Position numbers and translations under genes: made by a program
Shown: positions 26,098 to 41,426 of the stretch, in pieces
Position numbering within the stretch: the stretch's first letter is position 1
Layout of the letters: every line of letters starts with the position of its first letter
DNA from: Octopus sinensis
Lineage: Eukaryota
DNA length: 64,000 nt
Reading direction: 5' to 3'
Assembly (NCBI RefSeq): GCF_006345805.1
Contig: NC_043006.1
Location: 53,940,001 to 54,004,000, forward strand
Notes under the pieces: generated by a model
The model's database searches: none
The model's input: only the letters and a program-made list of their open reading frames with translations
Told to the model about the DNA's origin: nothing

Positions 26098-28234
26098 TTT
26101 TTTTTTTGCATCAGATTGTATGGTGAATCTTGTCATCACAAAACCATCAATAGTAGCAAATAAATGCATCATATGTTTACTTCACAACAACTTGCGAAGT
26201 AAACACAGCGGTTCACTTTGGCACGCTACTTCATGAAAGTCACTGCTAGCTCTCACTGCGCACGCAATCATGTGCTGCCATCTGTTGGCGTGTATAACTC
26301 TATCAGAATACAACCTTCTCGATCCTTCGGCCAATATATATGCACTTTAACGTCACAACTAGAAGTTATTCTCACCCACTCTTCATAAACATTGGTTTCA
26401 AAATTTTGACACAAGGCCAACAATTTCAGGAAAGGGGTAAGTCGATTGCATTGACCCCCAGTACTCAACTGGTACTTATTTCATCGACCCCGAAAGGATG
26501 AAAGGTGAAGTCGACCTCGGTGGAATTTGAACTCAGAACATGAAGACGGAGAAAATGCCGGTAAGCATTTAGCTAGGTGTGCAAACGATTCTGTCAGCTC
26601 ACCATCTTACTCTTTATAAATATTCCAATCTATAAAATGTTGTAGGGACATTAGAACACATCACAAATATTTTTTTTAATTTATTTGGTTTTTCTGAATA
26701 AAAAATTATTCTAATACATGTCTGAGTAATTGGTGCACAGGCACAACACCCAAAATGCTACCTAAAATACTGAAAGAGGCTGGAACTGAAACACGCATTA
26801 TCGATCAGCAGAAAAGTCGTATGCGTATATATTATATTAATACATGTATGAAACATTTTATTTTAATGAGAAACCATTTTAAAAAAATTAGCGTAGTAAA
26901 CCGACGTAAATTAGCACCGATGACTTTTTTAAAGTCTTCGTGACTGACAAGAGAAAGGAATGAAATTATTCTCAGACAGGAATCCAACCCAAATGTTTGC
27001 AAGTGAGTGGACTCTACTAAAAAACATCCCGAAAGACCTTGTGTGGTGTTACACAGAATTGGTCCTCTGCATGACATTCTACACCGTGTTTACCCTCTAA
27101 ATATCATTCACAAATATCTAGTCATCCCGAGGTTACGGCCATCATTCATTCACTAGGGTACATACACGTCACTGCAGTCGGAGGAACCCGTCTCTCAACC
27201 TTGTCCAGCATCATCTATTTTGGACTGGTAGAAGACCTGAAAAGTATCACGAGAAACAGGAGCGCTTGGGGGAAAATGGTTTTGATCCTGGCAGCCCACC
27301 AGAAGCGATAGGTAGACATCTGTTTCAAGTATTTTGCCTTATTCACCATGTTAGGCATGCAGGTTCGTGAGGATACTTTGGGGGGGGGGTACCTAGGCGA
27401 AATTTGATTTAGAATTCAGATAGTTGGAACAAATTACTCGTACAGCAAGGCATTTGATCCGACATTCTTACAGTTCTGCCAATCCACCACTATGGATTGG
27501 CGATTTTTCTTCGACCCTCGAAAACATGAAAGATAAAGTTGACTTCAGCAAGATATGATCTCAGAATGCAGAGATCAAAAGCTATGAATTTACCATTTCG
27601 AGGCTATAGTAGAAGACAGCTATTACAGCTACCGCGCTGTTGTATCACACACGAAATCAAGTAGTAGAGCAAACTTCACAACCACAGAGTTATGTCTGTG
27701 TCCCAATTTGTTTATAGCCCCTTGACATCCCGCTTGAACTTGAACTCCACCTCTTCAAGTGATCCCCACTCCCCTGCCTATCAACGTTATCTCAGAAATT
27801 CTCGGAACTCATCTGATTGTATTCTAAAGCTTCCTTCTGTAGTTGTCTATGTAGCAAACACACACCCTAACACGTATATATAAGTATTCATAATCATATC
27901 TACCCATAATCATATGCCCACGTTTATACATATTTATATATTCACATATTGGATCATCTCTTAATATGTCTGCCGTTATCGGGGCTCATGTGTTTGAATT
28001 CACTTGGTGACGTCAATATTTGGCGTCGTTTCAATTTTATCAACCACATCCTGTTATCGGTGGTGACAATTCGGTCAGGTGAGATACTGTCGCCAGCCTC
28101 AGACATATTATATGGTAACAATAGCTCTCAACTGATTTCTTATATAGTCAGGAAAGCACAGAAAGCAAATAAAACTATTCCTACTTCGACGGACTGCTGT
28201 GGCGAACGGAGACAGAATACTGCGAAAGGTCGAT

Positions 28235-28690
28235 AACAACCCCTGAAATACAGGAAGCAATGACTAACTGCACAAGTGATAAATCGCCTGGTTTGGATGG
28301 TCTGCTCTACGAGCTTTACGCTTACATACCAGACTTGTTCTGCGACTTCTTGGCAAACGTTTACTGCGACCGGCAACAGAATGGGAGAATTTCTAGTGTT
28401 GTGAACCGAGGAGCGGTGGCATTGCCGAGAAAAGACCAGAACAAGAGAGACTATATTGATAATTTTAGGTCCATAACTCTGCTAAATGCAGAGTTCAAAA
28501 TTTTGGCCAAGATATTAGCAACGAGCTTGGTACTTGTAGAGGATTATCTGGTAGTGAAGCGCAGACATGCGCCATCCCGAAAAGATTCATCCACTCAACT
28601 TCTACCTCATGCGATACATCATAGAGAAAGTGGTTAAAGAACCTAGCACGGGTGAGACGTGCTGCCTTCTAGCTATTTCACTGATAGATG
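28235..28690 (+). pseudogene. L1/Tx1-like RT N-terminal fragment
   Basis: KSPGLDGLLYELY...DNFRSITLLNAEFKILAKILA; frameshifted. Confidence 0.8.
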
Positions 28691-28727
28691 GATGAGAGTA
28701 ACGAAACTCGTGCAAGTGAACGGGCCT

Positions 28728-30583
<1,856 letters not shown>

Positions 30584-30586
30584 GAG

Positions 30587-31136
30587 TGAGAGAGCAGTGC
30601 ATGCCATCAAAGTGACACTGGGGTAAAATATACGAAGCCCAATATACCCATCATGACTACCCGTCTGATAAAGGTACACCAGGCACATGCATCACAACCA
30701 TATGTGCGCGACATGGTGATCTCATATCAAGATAAACAGCACATGACCTTGCAGGTGGGGCCCAGTTAGAATTTTCTTCAGATTGAGTAGCCCATCCCGC
30801 TCAAACGGTCCCTGAATAAGGGTTGTTTAAGGATGTTGAAAGAACCACCCATGTTTCCAGAGGTGAACTATTCAAACCCCAAAGAATCCCTCTCAACACA
30901 TGGCTATGATGCTCCCCCACTACTTCTGCTTGTGATCAGAGATGCACATATGTCAGCCACGAAGGGACATGCTCAACTGGTTAAGGTCAAACAACTGACA
31001 AGCAAATCTGTGGTATTGAGCAGAATATTTGCTGTAGCCCATCTTTTATACCAAGACAAAACAATGTACATGATAACACTTCCAATCAGTTAAGATCAGA
31101 AGCCATGAGAGCCACTGCCTGGTACTGCATCAGGGC

Positions 31137-31138
<2 letters not shown>
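30587..31138. mobile_element. ~550 bp non-coding insertion within (TAA)n
   Basis: Complex sequence sharply bounded by (ATT)n on both sides; no tRNA boxes, TIRs or ORF recognised. Confidence 0.55.
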
Positions 31139-31192
<54 letters not shown>

Positions 31193-31210
31193 TATTATTA
31201 TTATTATTAT

Positions 31211-32110
31211 CCGATTCAATTGCATTTTATTTCATCTTGTGACCGGGTCTCAACCAGGGACGTAAGGTATGTACATATTAGATGAAGAGAAACTTCCTGA
31301 GAATGTAGGTGGTTGATGTCAACACAATATTTTTAGTCTCATAGATTAATTTCCCAGGGATCTGGTCAAAACATTTGTCAGTGCCTTTCTTGATCATTCC
31401 TAGGGCACCTATAACAACAGGGATGGTTTTAGGTTTTAATTGCCACGTCCTAGATATCTCAATCTCAAAGGCCCTTATAATTCGACAGTTTTTCACATTC
31501 CTTTACTGACACGCTTCTCTCAGTAGGCACTGTCACATCCATTAACAGACATGCTTTTTGTTTTAGGTCTTTGATGACTATGTCTAGTCTGTTATCATTT
31601 ATTTGCTCTCTGTGTGTATCCCATAATTCTATAGGATGGTAACGTTCTCTGTCTCAGTGACTGGCTCTGGATGGTGTTCATGCCAGTTCTTAGGGTGCGG
31701 GATACCATAGTGACGGCATATTACCCAGTGCAAGTATTGTCCAACTTGATCATGCCTGGTTTTATATTCTGTAGGAGCAAGGACTGAGCAACCGGCAACA
31801 ATGCGATCAATACTCTCGAGTATGTCATTTCAGAGTCTACACTTTGTGTCTACCTCATTGTGTGTGACATTAGCTTGATAGTTTCGAGTGGGGAGATTCT
31901 GATCTTGTGCCGCTAGTATAAATACTTCTGTTGCGGCTTTCAAACCAACACTCTGCAGCCCCTGATGGCTCTTCTCCCATCTACATCAGCTTCCCCAGCT
32001 CTTTTGGGGCATTGCCTATGCAATGGTTTTTTTCTTGACACAGTCTTGATATTCCTTCAAGCTTTCTTGTTTGGCTTTTTGCTTTTTTTACACTTATTTA
32101 CTGCCTTAGT
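31211..32110 (-). mobile_element. Dong/R4 LINE 3' end (CCHC finger and restriction-like endonuclease), second subfamily
   Basis: EIEISRTWQLKPKTIPVVIGALGMIKKG; ends in (TAA)n. Confidence 0.85.
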
Positions 32111-32483
32111 GGGTCGTATGTCTGTTCTTATCATCATCATGTATATGCAAACATGTATGTGTGTGTGTGTCTTTGAGATCGTTTTTTCTCCCCCACCACC
32201 GCTTGATAACCGGTGTTGGTTTCCTTACATTCCTGTAACTAAGCAGCTTGGCAAAAGACACCGATAGAATAAGTACCAGACTCATACATGATTTTATCAA
32301 AATGTGGAACTTTTCTCGCTGATTTTGATCCACAGATCAACCTAGATTTTGTCTTGATTGACAAGAAGTTTACTCACTCACATAAGAATGAATGTCATTG
32401 CAAGTGGCAGTAGGAACGCAGTCCAAATCTCTTATGGGTTAACTATTTATGTGTAGACGAAATAAATTTCTTTGTGTGTTAAA

Positions 32484-32812
32484 CACTGGTTCTCAACTGG
32501 GGTCCATATAGTCCCTGAGGATCCATATAAGATTTAGGAGGGGGTCCACGAAACAAAATAATAAATTGGGGACCCACAATAGTATTTTAAGAGTCCCTGA
32601 AAAAATTTGCTTTAGATATAAGTACTGCAAGAAACAGTTAGGTTTCTTTTTCTATCATTTTATATAGTTCAACTACACAAGTTAATGTGTGAACCACAAA
32701 ATAGGAATTTGAAAATAACACTAGTTTTTAAACATTGAATGGCTATGGGGACCCACCAGAATATGATAGTAATCAAAGGGATCCATGAATAAAAAATGGT
32801 TGAGAACCCCTG
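32484..32812. mobile_element. hAT/Charlie-type MITE
   Basis: cactggttctcaac ... gttgagaacccctg TIRs; repeated ggggtcca-like subterminal motifs. Confidence 0.75.
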
Positions 32813-32877
32813 GTTTAAAAGAATAAAGTAATTTGCAAGTGTTAGTTAATAATTCTATTCTGAATAGCTAATAAAAT

Positions 32878-33250
32878 ATATAAGGCTGAAGTATGGCAGG
32901 TTTGGTAGCCTTCAAGTAACACTATCTCCTCCGAGACCCTGCGGCGCAAGTTGGCCAAAATTGCGAGTATATTAGAAGAAGGCTTGCTCTTCATTCCGTA
33001 GAATATAAAATTCAAATCGGACCATGTTAAGACCAAAAAATTATTTACATCAAAAAGGTTCTTTTTTTTTCTAGGAAAATCCCTATTTTTTACGATTTTG
33101 TGACTGCTGTGTCGCCATTTTTCGGTGTATTTCAACCAGAAAAATGTTCAATTAAAGAGAATAACAAGCTACATAATGCAAAATTTTTACTTTTCAAAAA
33201 TTCCAATTCTAAAAGGTCGAAACAAACCCGAGCAACGCCGGGCGAAATAT
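32878..33250 (+). mobile_element. Non-autonomous Helitron-like element
   Basis: tatataaggctgaag start and cccgagcaacgccggg terminal hairpin; terminal CTAG not seen. Confidence 0.55.
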
Positions 33251-34179
33251 ATAATTTCTCTCTCCGTAGCACTCCCAGAAATGCCATCTCGCATCCTCTC
33301 GGGTGCAAGCAGCCCACGTTGGCAATCCTTGGATTAGATATTTGACAAGAATTTATAGAGGGAAAGGCAGATTTATTGACAGAATAGAGAGACGATAATA
33401 GATAAACTCTTGTACTCATATAGAGAAAGGGTAGACAAAATACAGACGTACCCGTTAGATATACACTCACACATACACACGCACACACACGAACACATGC
33501 ACATACACACACACACATATATTTATTAATAAATACACAAGCGAACATATGCTGAAGCTGACACAATAACTGCTCCTATATATATTTATTTATACGGTTG
33601 CGCATTCCCTCACCTCCTTACGAAACACAAATATACATATACATAGGCGTTAACGGACACACATACCACACATACATGAAAATACAAATATGCAAACATA
33701 CACAGACATAGATACCCCATATGCTATATATACTGACAACACACAGACAACACACACACACACAACACAACACAACACAACATACACACACACAACACAA
33801 CACAACACACACACACACAACACACTACATGTTCCAAATATTCGACGCACATATTTCACGCCTGCTTTACAAGAAGCAAGACTGCAGTTCTTTAGCGACA
33901 TCGAGAAACTAGAAAACGGGTATGTGTGTGCATCTGAGTCTATCATATACGGGTATGTGTGCCGGCGTCTGCGTGCGTGCAACTGTGTTTGTGTGTGTAT
34001 ATGTCTGTCTGTATAATGTGTGTGTGTGTGTGTGTGTATGCCTGTCCTTCTGTCTGTCTGTATAAGCCTGTGTGTGTGTTTGTCTATCTGTATAAATCTA
34101 TGTGCTTGTGTGTGTATTTATCCGTCTGTCTGTCTATCTATCTGTATAAGTATGTGTGTATTTATCTTTCTGTCTGTAT

Positions 34180-34227
<48 letters not shown>

Positions 34228-34544
34228 CCAATTCAGGACTGTTTGGGTTTTCTATGGTCTGCTGCATTCCACATCAAACAGAATTCATAGATGCCTTCTG
34301 TATTTGGTTACCATGGTTACACATCTGAGACGCGGCTAATTGCTGTTGATTCTAGTTGTGACACGGTTTCTCTGATTTTCTTTTTCTTCTTTTTGTATTC
34401 CTCTTTCTTCCTTTCTTTCGTTTATTCTTTCCTTCTGCTCTTTCTTTGTAATTTCTCTGCTCTTTGTCTTCTCTTGTGTTCTAATCCATCTTTCTATCTC
34501 TATGGACGTGTGTGTTTGTGCGTGTATTCTTCTTTTATTCTTTT

Positions 34545-34750
34545 TACTTCTTTCAGCCGTTTGACTGCATCCATGCTGCAGCACCGCCTTGACGGGTTTC
34601 AAGTCGAACAAATCTACCCCAAGACTTATTTTTTAAGCTTGGTACTTCAATCGGTCTCTTATGCCGAACCGCCTAGTTACGAGGACGCAAACACACCAAC
34701 GACGGTTGTCGAGGGGGGTGGACAAACACAGACAAAAACACTCACACACA
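34545..34750 (-). mobile_element. SINE family A 3' half
   Basis: Homology to the family A tail. Confidence 0.75.
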
Positions 34751-34771
34751 CATAGATACAGTACATACTGT

Positions 34772-34806
<35 letters not shown>

Positions 34807-34807
<1 letters not shown>

Positions 34808-35036
34808 GGCGGCGAGTTGGCAGAATCGTTAGCACGCCGGGCGAAATGCTTAGCGGTAGTTCGTCTGCCGTTACGTTCTGAGTTCAAATTCCGCCGAGGT
34901 CAACTTTGCCTTTCATCCTTTCGGAGTCGATTAAATAAGTACCAGTTACGCACTGGAGTCGATCTAATCGACTTAATCTCTTTGTCTCTTCTTGTTTGTC
35001 TAATCTATGTTTAGCCCCCTGTAGGCAATAAAGAAA
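34807..35036 (+). mobile_element. SINE family B (MetaSINE-like central domain)
   Basis: ggcggcgagttggcagaatcgttagc head, gagttcaaattcc B-box, gtcaactttgcctttcatcctttcggagtcg...aagtaccag core; assignment to the Meta domain is from memory. Confidence 0.85.
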
Positions 35037-35049
35037 TATATATATATAT

Positions 35050-35690
35050 TGATGGGGTCTTCCGGTTTATGAAATTACTATGGGTTTCCCATCCATAAAG
35101 GGTGTGGCTTTATGGTGTATCGTCAGACCCCAAAATCTGTTGGCCTAAGACCTCTTCAAAATATGGAAGGGGAAAAAGCCTCGCTGTGAAGGCAAACAAT
35201 AGGGGATTATCTTCCTTTGCCATTGGCTATCGACTTCCGGCTGTGCCGCCATCTTGCGAATTCCAAAGCGCTCGCAGAAATTTCCTAAAATGTAAACATG
35301 GCCCGAGAATCTCCGTTCTGGAGTTAAAGATGCTCCGTGGTTCGAGCGAGTCTTTTAGGATTCTCGCGCGTTCAGCTATGCATAACTTGCAACACTTCGT
35401 CCCGTTAATGTAGGTTTTTCAAGGATTTTCCATGCGATCGAGCACGGGATCCCATCGTCCTTTACTTGCCAGACGTGACTGGCCAGCAATGTTACATATT
35501 TCCTTTCCGGAACTCTGAAAGAGGACCTACCCAGCAACTGTTGCGATTCCTGCATGGACAACCTGCCTCTGCCTGTGGTTTAGGGGAGCTAACTAAAATG
35601 CTCTTGATATTAGGGGCACAGGTAAACGAGACCCTAACGTTGTGCCGGTTGAAAATGGGCCCGTACCTATAGGAGCTAGTGAACTACTTT
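35050..35690 (-). mobile_element. Penelope-like element remnant (Neptune-like C-terminus) with 3' UTR
   Basis: Minus translation IFNRHNVRVSFTCAPNIKSIL...CPCRNRNSC // LASHVW...SIAWKILEK // YINGTKCCKLCIAE...FNSRTEILGPCLHFRKFL; GIY-YIG core deleted. Confidence 0.85.
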
Positions 35691-35871
35691 TTTGATATAC
35701 ACTGCACCACATCTTAGAGTGTGCTTTTTCTCTGAATTTTTCCCTGGATTTTTCTCTTATATATATATAAGAGAAGAAAATGGATATAATAACAATGCGA
35801 AACTCATGATTTACGCTGGCATGTCTTTAATTATATAGGTAACAAAGAACTAAGAAGCAGAGATGAGGGTG

Positions 35872-35922
35872 GCATTTACGATCGCTTCGATTTACTGGAG
35901 TAGGTAAATCTCTTCAGAATGC
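35872..35922 (-). ncRNA. Type I hammerhead motif (A15.1 to G)
   Basis: gcatt-CTGAAGA-gatttac/ctactcca/gtaaatc-GAAG-cgatc-GTA-aatgc; 5-bp stem I, 7-bp stem II, palindromic CGATCG. Confidence 0.75.
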
Positions 35923-36154
35923 GAGTATAGATAGATGCATCGGTTAGGATGCGAAAACGATTGATACACATGTGATAGTAATGTAAACAAATTGGTAATT
36001 CTTATATTGAAATTTTGTTCTTGCACTGGTAAATTTGCTGAGTAGAGGTTTGCTTGTGGTAGATTGGCTAGTTTCGTTGGGTAATTAGGGCAGGGTGTGT
36101 ATTATTTAGGTGCGGACTACCTCGTTTAATTAAGCACATTTTTTCTCACGTGTT

Positions 36155-36560
36155 CATAAACACACCAGCATCGGTCGTCAAGCGATGGTGGGGGTAGGGG
36201 GACAAAGATAGATACACAAATACATACATACATGCATATATATATATATATATACGACGGGCTTCTTTCAGTTTCCGTCTACCAAATTCACACACAAGGC
36301 TTCGGTAGGCCCGAGGCTATAGTAGAAGACACTTGCCCGAGGTGCCACGCAGTGGGACTGAACCCGGAACAATGTAGTTGACAAGCAAGCTTCTTACCAC
36401 ACAGTCACGCCTGTTGCAGACGTGGCTATGTAGTGGAAAGACCTTGCTTCCTGACAACGTAGTATTGGATTCAGTGCCACTGCGCGGCCCCATAGACAAT
36501 AGTCTTGGGGCGAGCAAAGTTTTTTCAGAGGATTTGCTAGACGAAGACTGAAAGGAGTGT
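36155..36560. mobile_element. Two head-to-head SINE A copies
   Basis: 36155-36412 on minus and 36418-36560 on plus. Confidence 0.75.
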
Positions 36561-37022
36561 GTGTGTGTGTCTGCACAATACTACTGATAGAGTGGTATAA
36601 ATACATATACCGCTCTATCTCTTTGTATATCGATTCTGTTTATATAACTATGTATCTGTTTATTGTCTTTCTAATCAGCTTTCTGTTTGTCAGTCTGCCT
36701 CTTTCACGCTTTCTACCTGTCATTCTTGTGCGCGTTCTGCTTCATTTTGAATTTGTGTTTCGTAACTTTCCTTCTCTACCTTCTTTCCTAGCACCTATTT
36801 TTACTTTCCTTCATTCTGCCCCCCTTCTCTCTCTCCCTCTCTCTTTGCTACCATAATCATTCTGTACATGTGCGTGTGTATATACACGCTAGAGTGCGTG
36901 AGCAAATGTGTATGCGTGCATACATACATACATACATGCATACATACATACATACATACATACATACATACAAACATACATACATACATACATACATACA
37001 TAATGCATACACACACACACAC

Positions 37023-37064
<42 letters not shown>

Positions 37065-37094
37065 ATATATATATATATATATATATAAACTTAG

Positions 37095-38960
37095 ATATGT
37101 TTCGACCAGGCCATGTCTAACTTAATAGCATCACCTGATAGGATTACCTAAATCCTTTTTATGTCAAGTTTTGTGTTATAGTCCTTTCAAGTAGAGAGTT
37201 CTTGTTGTGTGAGCTGTATCCAGGTATAGGTGGCTTATCTGGTATTCCTTGAAGAAATTTGACCAAATTCCATTTAAAAGTGATGGGATCCTTTTCCTCT
37301 TTGATCCGTTTTGGGTCAATGTTAAATAGGGCAGGGCCTGTTGAGGAAAAGAAATTGTGTCGCAGGCCGGCAACAGCACTACAGGCACTGATTGGGAGTC
37401 CGCGCACCTCTACCGGCCGATCAAACTCCCGCCGAGACTTTTCTATAGTCTCACGCAGGTACTGCCGTCAAGAGGAATTCTCGAGCAACTTGACACGGTC
37501 ATCCGCGTAGGAGCTAGGAGAATCCTACATCTCCCGGAGACCACTTCCGCTTCCTTTTTATACAGCAGCCGGTGTGATGGCGGATTAAGTATTCACCAGA
37601 TGGTGAGACTAATCCCGAAGTGTGTCATCCGCCGTAATATGTTATGCTCCTAAATTGAGCAGAGGACGTATGGCCTGTGGTCCTAGCCTTGGATGAACCT
37701 TGAAACTAATGTTCAGGTCGTTTGGGCAATGCTGGCGGGATATTCTCCACATCGTGCAAATTATGTACCGCTCGCGACGGCGCTGGAGAGAGTAGAGATT
37801 CAAGGCTTTAAGGCGGTCCCAGTAATCAAGATCAGTTATGCCCTTAATTCGTTTAGTGAATGATCACCGGGGTGATTCAATTTTAGAGATGTTTTGTTTT
37901 GTATGGGGAAACCAAAGGGGTAGCAGTATTCGAGGAGGAGAAAAGTGGAATGATGACACCTTGCTCTCTGGACCGGGAGGTTCTTAAGATCCAGGAGCTT
38001 ATCCTACGAGCTATATCGAACTTTTGTTGATGTGGGCACTCCAACTGAGATTGTTATAAACAATTAATCCTAGGTCTCTGAGATTATTAGATGCCGTGAG
38101 CGGTTCCCCTGAAGGAAGAGAATATGGCTGTTTTAGTATAGTCTTTCTTCCAAAATGCATCTGCCCAAATTTTCCCTCGGTTAGTTGCATTTTGGTTTTG
38201 TCTGCCCATTGATTCACCGCATATAGATCAGACTGGAGTTGAGTTAGGTCTTCTTCATTGATGATTTTCTGGAGCTTAGTGTCATCAGCAAATATTTTCA
38301 CTTTGCTGTGTTTTACAGCGCTGGAAAGGTCGTTTCTATAGATTATAAAGAGGAGCAGACCCAAGACAGTCCTCTGTGACTTTTGCAGGGCTTGAGTGGA
38401 TTTCATCGACCACAACATGTTGTGTTCTATACGCCAGGAAATACTCAATCCAGTGTAGAAGTTTCCCACGGATTCCAACATTTGACAAATTTGAGTGTAA
38501 GCTATAATGGTCAACGCTGTCGAAAGCTTTACTGAAGTCAAGATATATGACATCAGAGTTCGAACCTGTTCCCAAGGTTTTACGTATATCCTCAATGTGG
38601 TGTAAGAGCTGTGTTAGACAGTCCCTGCCACAGCGAAAGCGATCCTGATTTCCATTTAGGAGTTTGTGGATCTCCAGAAAGGCAGCTATCATTGATCTTA
38701 CCACTCTTTCAAACATTTTAATGATATGGGAGGTGAGTGAGTTTGGACGATAGTTGACTGCGAGGGATCTGATTCCCAGTTTGAAAATCGGGATGACAGA
38801 TTAGGATAGGAGTTGTTTCGGTATATAACCTGAGTCTAAAGAATTTCTCCAGAGGTTGGTGTCTACATTCCTTCAGGAGGCTAGCAGGGAATCAATCTAT
38901 CAGAGCCCACAGTAGAATAGTATTTGACCTCATTTATTGCCGATATGATATCTGAGGCAT
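37095..38960 (-). mobile_element. CR1-like LINE fragment (RT)
   Basis: DVIYLDFSKAFDSVDH, KIFADDTKL, LDYWDRLKALNLYSLQRRRERY; frameshifts and internal deletions. Confidence 0.9.
37370..37630 (+). pseudogene. R2-superfamily-like RT thumb fragment inserted in the CR1
   Basis: LPPRLFYSL...LEQLDTVIRVGARRILHLPETTSASFLYSSRCDGGLSI. Confidence 0.7.
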
Positions 38961-38964
38961 ATAT

Positions 38965-39006
<42 letters not shown>

Positions 39007-39126
39007 AGAATTCACAGAAAACAAAAGACGAAGACTGGTGGTGTAGAAAATAAACAGATGTATTACATATATATATATTGATAAAAATGGTAAGACAACA
39101 AAAGAAAGAAAGAGATGCAGTTGTAA

Positions 39127-39187
<61 letters not shown>

Positions 39188-39414
39188 TATATAAGAAAAT
39201 GGGACAACAAGGGATAAATCATATTATGAAATGCATTAGCTTACAGTTGTTTCTGCTATAAGATGTAATATACTCATTGTTGAGTGCCTGGGTAACTGCG
39301 ACACTCCACTTGTAAAATATTTCCTATTCCCGCTCTATATTCGTTTAACACTTCGTTATGAAGCATATGTATTTTGAGTTCTACACCAGGTTATCGGTAT
39401 CGAAATACCTTAGC

Positions 39415-39481
<67 letters not shown>

Positions 39482-39483
<2 letters not shown>

Positions 39484-39692
39484 TTACCACCCACAAGGAG
39501 CTATACACAGAGCAGACAAACAAGGACAGACAAAGGGATTAAGTCGATTACAACGACCCCAGTGCGTAACTGGTACTTAATTTATCGACCCCGAAAGGAT
39601 GAAAGGCAAAGTCAACCTCGGCGGAATTTGAACTCGGAACGGAACGGCAGACGAAATACCGATAAGCATTTCGCCCGGCGTGCTAACGTTTC

Positions 39693-39697
<5 letters not shown>
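39482..39697 (-). mobile_element. SINE family B
   Basis: Reverse complement of 34807-35036; further copies at 41012-41228, 50070-50250 and 63660-64000. Confidence 0.85.
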
Positions 39698-39723
<26 letters not shown>

Positions 39724-39749
39724 AGAATCATTGGATCTCATCTGTAGAC

Positions 39750-39896
<147 letters not shown>

Positions 39897-39959
39897 GCGT
39901 GCGAGTGAGGACAAACGAAAGAACAGGACACTCAACACATTTTGTAGGAGTTACATGTA

Positions 39960-40081
39960 TTATCTAAAACAGTTTGATTCCGGTTCCGTGTTACTTCAAG
40001 TTTCGCAGGGCCCCTAATGGGAGTCCATTAGGGGCCACGAAACTTGAAATAGCACGAGACCAAATCAAACTGTTTTAAATA

Positions 40082-40082
<1 letters not shown>
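39960..40082. repeat. ~120 nt near-perfect hairpin
   Basis: taaaacagtttgatt/aatcaaactgtttta, ttcaagtttcg/cgaaacttgaa, ggcccctaatgg/ccattaggggcc; 4-nt loop gagt. Confidence 0.9.
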
Positions 40083-40119
<37 letters not shown>

Positions 40120-41426
40120 ATGCGCGTGCGTGTGCTTGTACACATATGCATATACATAAATATACATACATATCTATATACATACACACGCACATACATA
40201 CATACATATCTGCTACACGAAATGCGGCGTAGCAAAGTTTTTTCGGAACAACTAAGAGTAAAGACAGTTTCCGCGCCCTTCTTCTCTGAATAAAGTGTTC
40301 TGATTATTTGTTTTAATGACATACTCCCGTCCCGCTTAATTACATTAACATGAAGAATTAATTAACGCCTAAATTAAAGTCAAACCATCACGCAATACTA
40401 CCACTGTAAACTTCGAATTAATGCAGAATGTAGCCTACTAGATACGCTTACACAATTTGTATGCCATTTTGATATATATGTCATCCAGTATTGTTCAAAG
40501 TCACATAGCTAAGGTAATCGCGCAAGCATGCATGATAAATATCCCTAGTTACAAAACTCATGTTTTGTATGAGATACAAGTTGTCAGTAGTATACATGGA
40601 TTATCAACCGGATTTACAAAATAGTTCATAAGATTCAAAATAAAATTTATCATTGCACAAAACTGTATAAGCGGAAGCGCTTGGTTTAGTGGTTAGGGTG
40701 CTCGATTTATGATTGTAAGATTGCGGTTCCTGGACCGAACGTTACCTTGTGTTCTTGAAGACAAACGCTTCATCTCAGCTTGCTCCACTCCGCTCAGCTG
40801 GCAAAAATTAGTAATATAGTGAAGTCGCGACAGGCCTGGCAAACCGGCGATGGATGGTGGCCTTGTCTAAAAACCAAACGGAAAGATACTTCTGAACTGG
40901 CTGGTCAGAGGCCTACCCTGGCGTTGTGTATTACAAAACTGTAAATATATTTATGTTGGTGTGGTTCAGATAGCATTCTAATAGTCATGGTAATATTTTT
41001 CTGTGAGCCAAGGCTGTGAACTGGCAGAATTGTTACTGAGCCGCCGGGCAAAAAGCTTAGCGGCATTTCTTCTGACTTTACATTCTGAGTTTAAATATTG
41101 CCGAGGTCGACTTTGCCTTTCACTTTTTTCGGGGTTGATAAAGTAAGTACTAGTTGAGCGCTGGGGTCAATGTGATCGACTAGGGCCTTCCTACAAAATT
41201 TCAGGCTCCGTGACTATAGTAGAAAGAATATTTTTATATGAGCTAATTCTTCCTTTGCAGCTGCAATTGGATGAAATAAGCTATCAGAACTTAAAGTGTA
41301 AAATTCGTTTTTTGCAATACTAAATGTTGTCGTGACGTATATTTGCCAGCTGGATTTAGACACACTTTCTGTGCTCTATCAGTGTTTGCAAAGGGAAGCC
41401 ATCCTTCCCGTCTTCAACTTATGATA

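Noticed and set aside
27115-27312. RTE-like C-terminal fragment
   Set aside because: Only a faint RNRSAWGKMV resemblance; too weak to call
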